NCBI GenBank assembly: GCA_950097015.1
Contig: CATNEN010000029.1
Coordinates: 8,060,001-8,124,000, forward strand
Origin: Macrostomum hystrix
Taxonomy: Eukaryota; Animalia; Platyhelminthes
DNA length: 64,000 nt
Direction of reading: 5' to 3'
Below the pieces are notes generated by a model. It was not told where the DNA came from, did not search any database, and worked only from the letters and a program-made list of their open reading frames with translations. Made by a program: the position numbers and the translations under genes. Positions 63,085 to 64,000 of this stretch are shown here, piece by piece (the first letter of the stretch is position 1; each line of letters opens with the position of its first letter).

Positions 63085-64000
63085 CTAGATCTGTAAATTC
63101 CCTATTATACTGAACACGGTGGCAAGCCTCTGCAAATAGCCTTCAAACCTCGCGGGGGGTCTGATTTGTCTGCGCGGACGGCTTGTCACTCCTTCCCTTT
63201 CTTCATTCTGTACAATGTACATGCCTCCTTCTGAGGTGGCTGTCGCCAGACCCTCAGCTGTCCCTTCGCTTTCGCTCTCCTCTTCACTGCTCGTAGCCTC
63301 AGGCTCGGTGTGTGATTCATCCTCCACTTCTATCTCAGCTCCTAGTTCCAAATCTTCTCCATTAATTTCACTTGGGTTTTCTCTAAAATGACATTGCCAT
63401 TCTAATCTGTCTTCTTCCTCTTCGGATTCAACTTCATCTGTTAGAACAGATCTTCCCTTCTCCTTCGGCTGGCTTCCCCTAACTTTGACCTCTGTCTTCT
63501 TAGCTTTCTTCTCTGGTGCGGCCTGGCTTCCCCTAATTAATTCCTCTTGGGTTGAATTAGGCACAATAGTTATGTTGTCTCTATGGACAATCATGATATT
63601 GCCTACTAACTGTCCTTGCTCCTCCTTTTGCACTCGAAATACTACATCTGATATTTGCTCTATTACTCTGAAGGCTGATCTCTTTTTCCTATGAAATTTG
63701 TGCGATTCCTCACTGTCCAACTGTGGATTATTAATCAACACAAGACTTCCAACTGGGACTGTCTTAGGCAATTTGCTGTTTTTCGCAGACTCTTGTCTGT
63801 TACTGACAACCTTCTCCAATTTTCTTTTGACAATGTCTCTCGCAATCTTCAATCGTTCGGCATGTTCTGTCACATAAGATGGATAACTGGCGAATGACTT
63901 TGGTTGGCTGATTTGACTGTCCATAGGCAATACTGCTTCCCGTCCAAATAACAGGTAGTGGGGAGTAAAGCCTGTGGTTTTGTTCACACTAGTGCGGACA
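63085..64000 (-). mobile_element. Ty3/Gypsy LTR retrotransposon pol, integrase C-terminal part (5'-truncated by window)
   Basis: Open frame to the window edge: VRTSVNKTTGFTPHYLLFGREAVLPMD, VGSLVLI, AFRVIEQISDVVFRV, VHRDNI and RPRRQIRPPARF. Confidence 0.88.

Overview
Eukaryotic (animal) genomic DNA with spliced genes, many private intronic minisatellites and tRNA-derived SINEs. The style suggests a free-living flatworm such as Macrostomum; this is inference only. Host genes: 3' part of an LDLa single-pass membrane protein (+), PRPS (-, 3 exons), an OATP/SLCO transporter (-, 4 exons), an RFamide neuropeptide precursor (+, 3 exons), and a same-strand cluster PTS - small TM ORF - RPL12 - GPN3 (-) whose GPN3 intron 1 is an ~8.2-kb 28-bp satellite. 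Further on are a mucin-like TM protein (-), a possible RHNO1-like ORF and a ~14-exon FIRRM/C1orf112 orthologue (+). Mobile DNA: an intact Crypton-type tyrosine recombinase ORF flanked by 30-bp direct repeats, the 3' end of a Gypsy pol followed by an extra 390-aa ORF with its own CCAAT/TATA elements, RNase H LINE remnants, two SINE families and nested MITEs. Most notable: the DR-flanked recombinase, the Gypsy accessory gene, a GA-AG intron in PRPS, a PTS gene lacking its own ATG (possible spliced-leader AUG and operon), and the neuropeptide. All homology calls come from motif recognition, not database searches.
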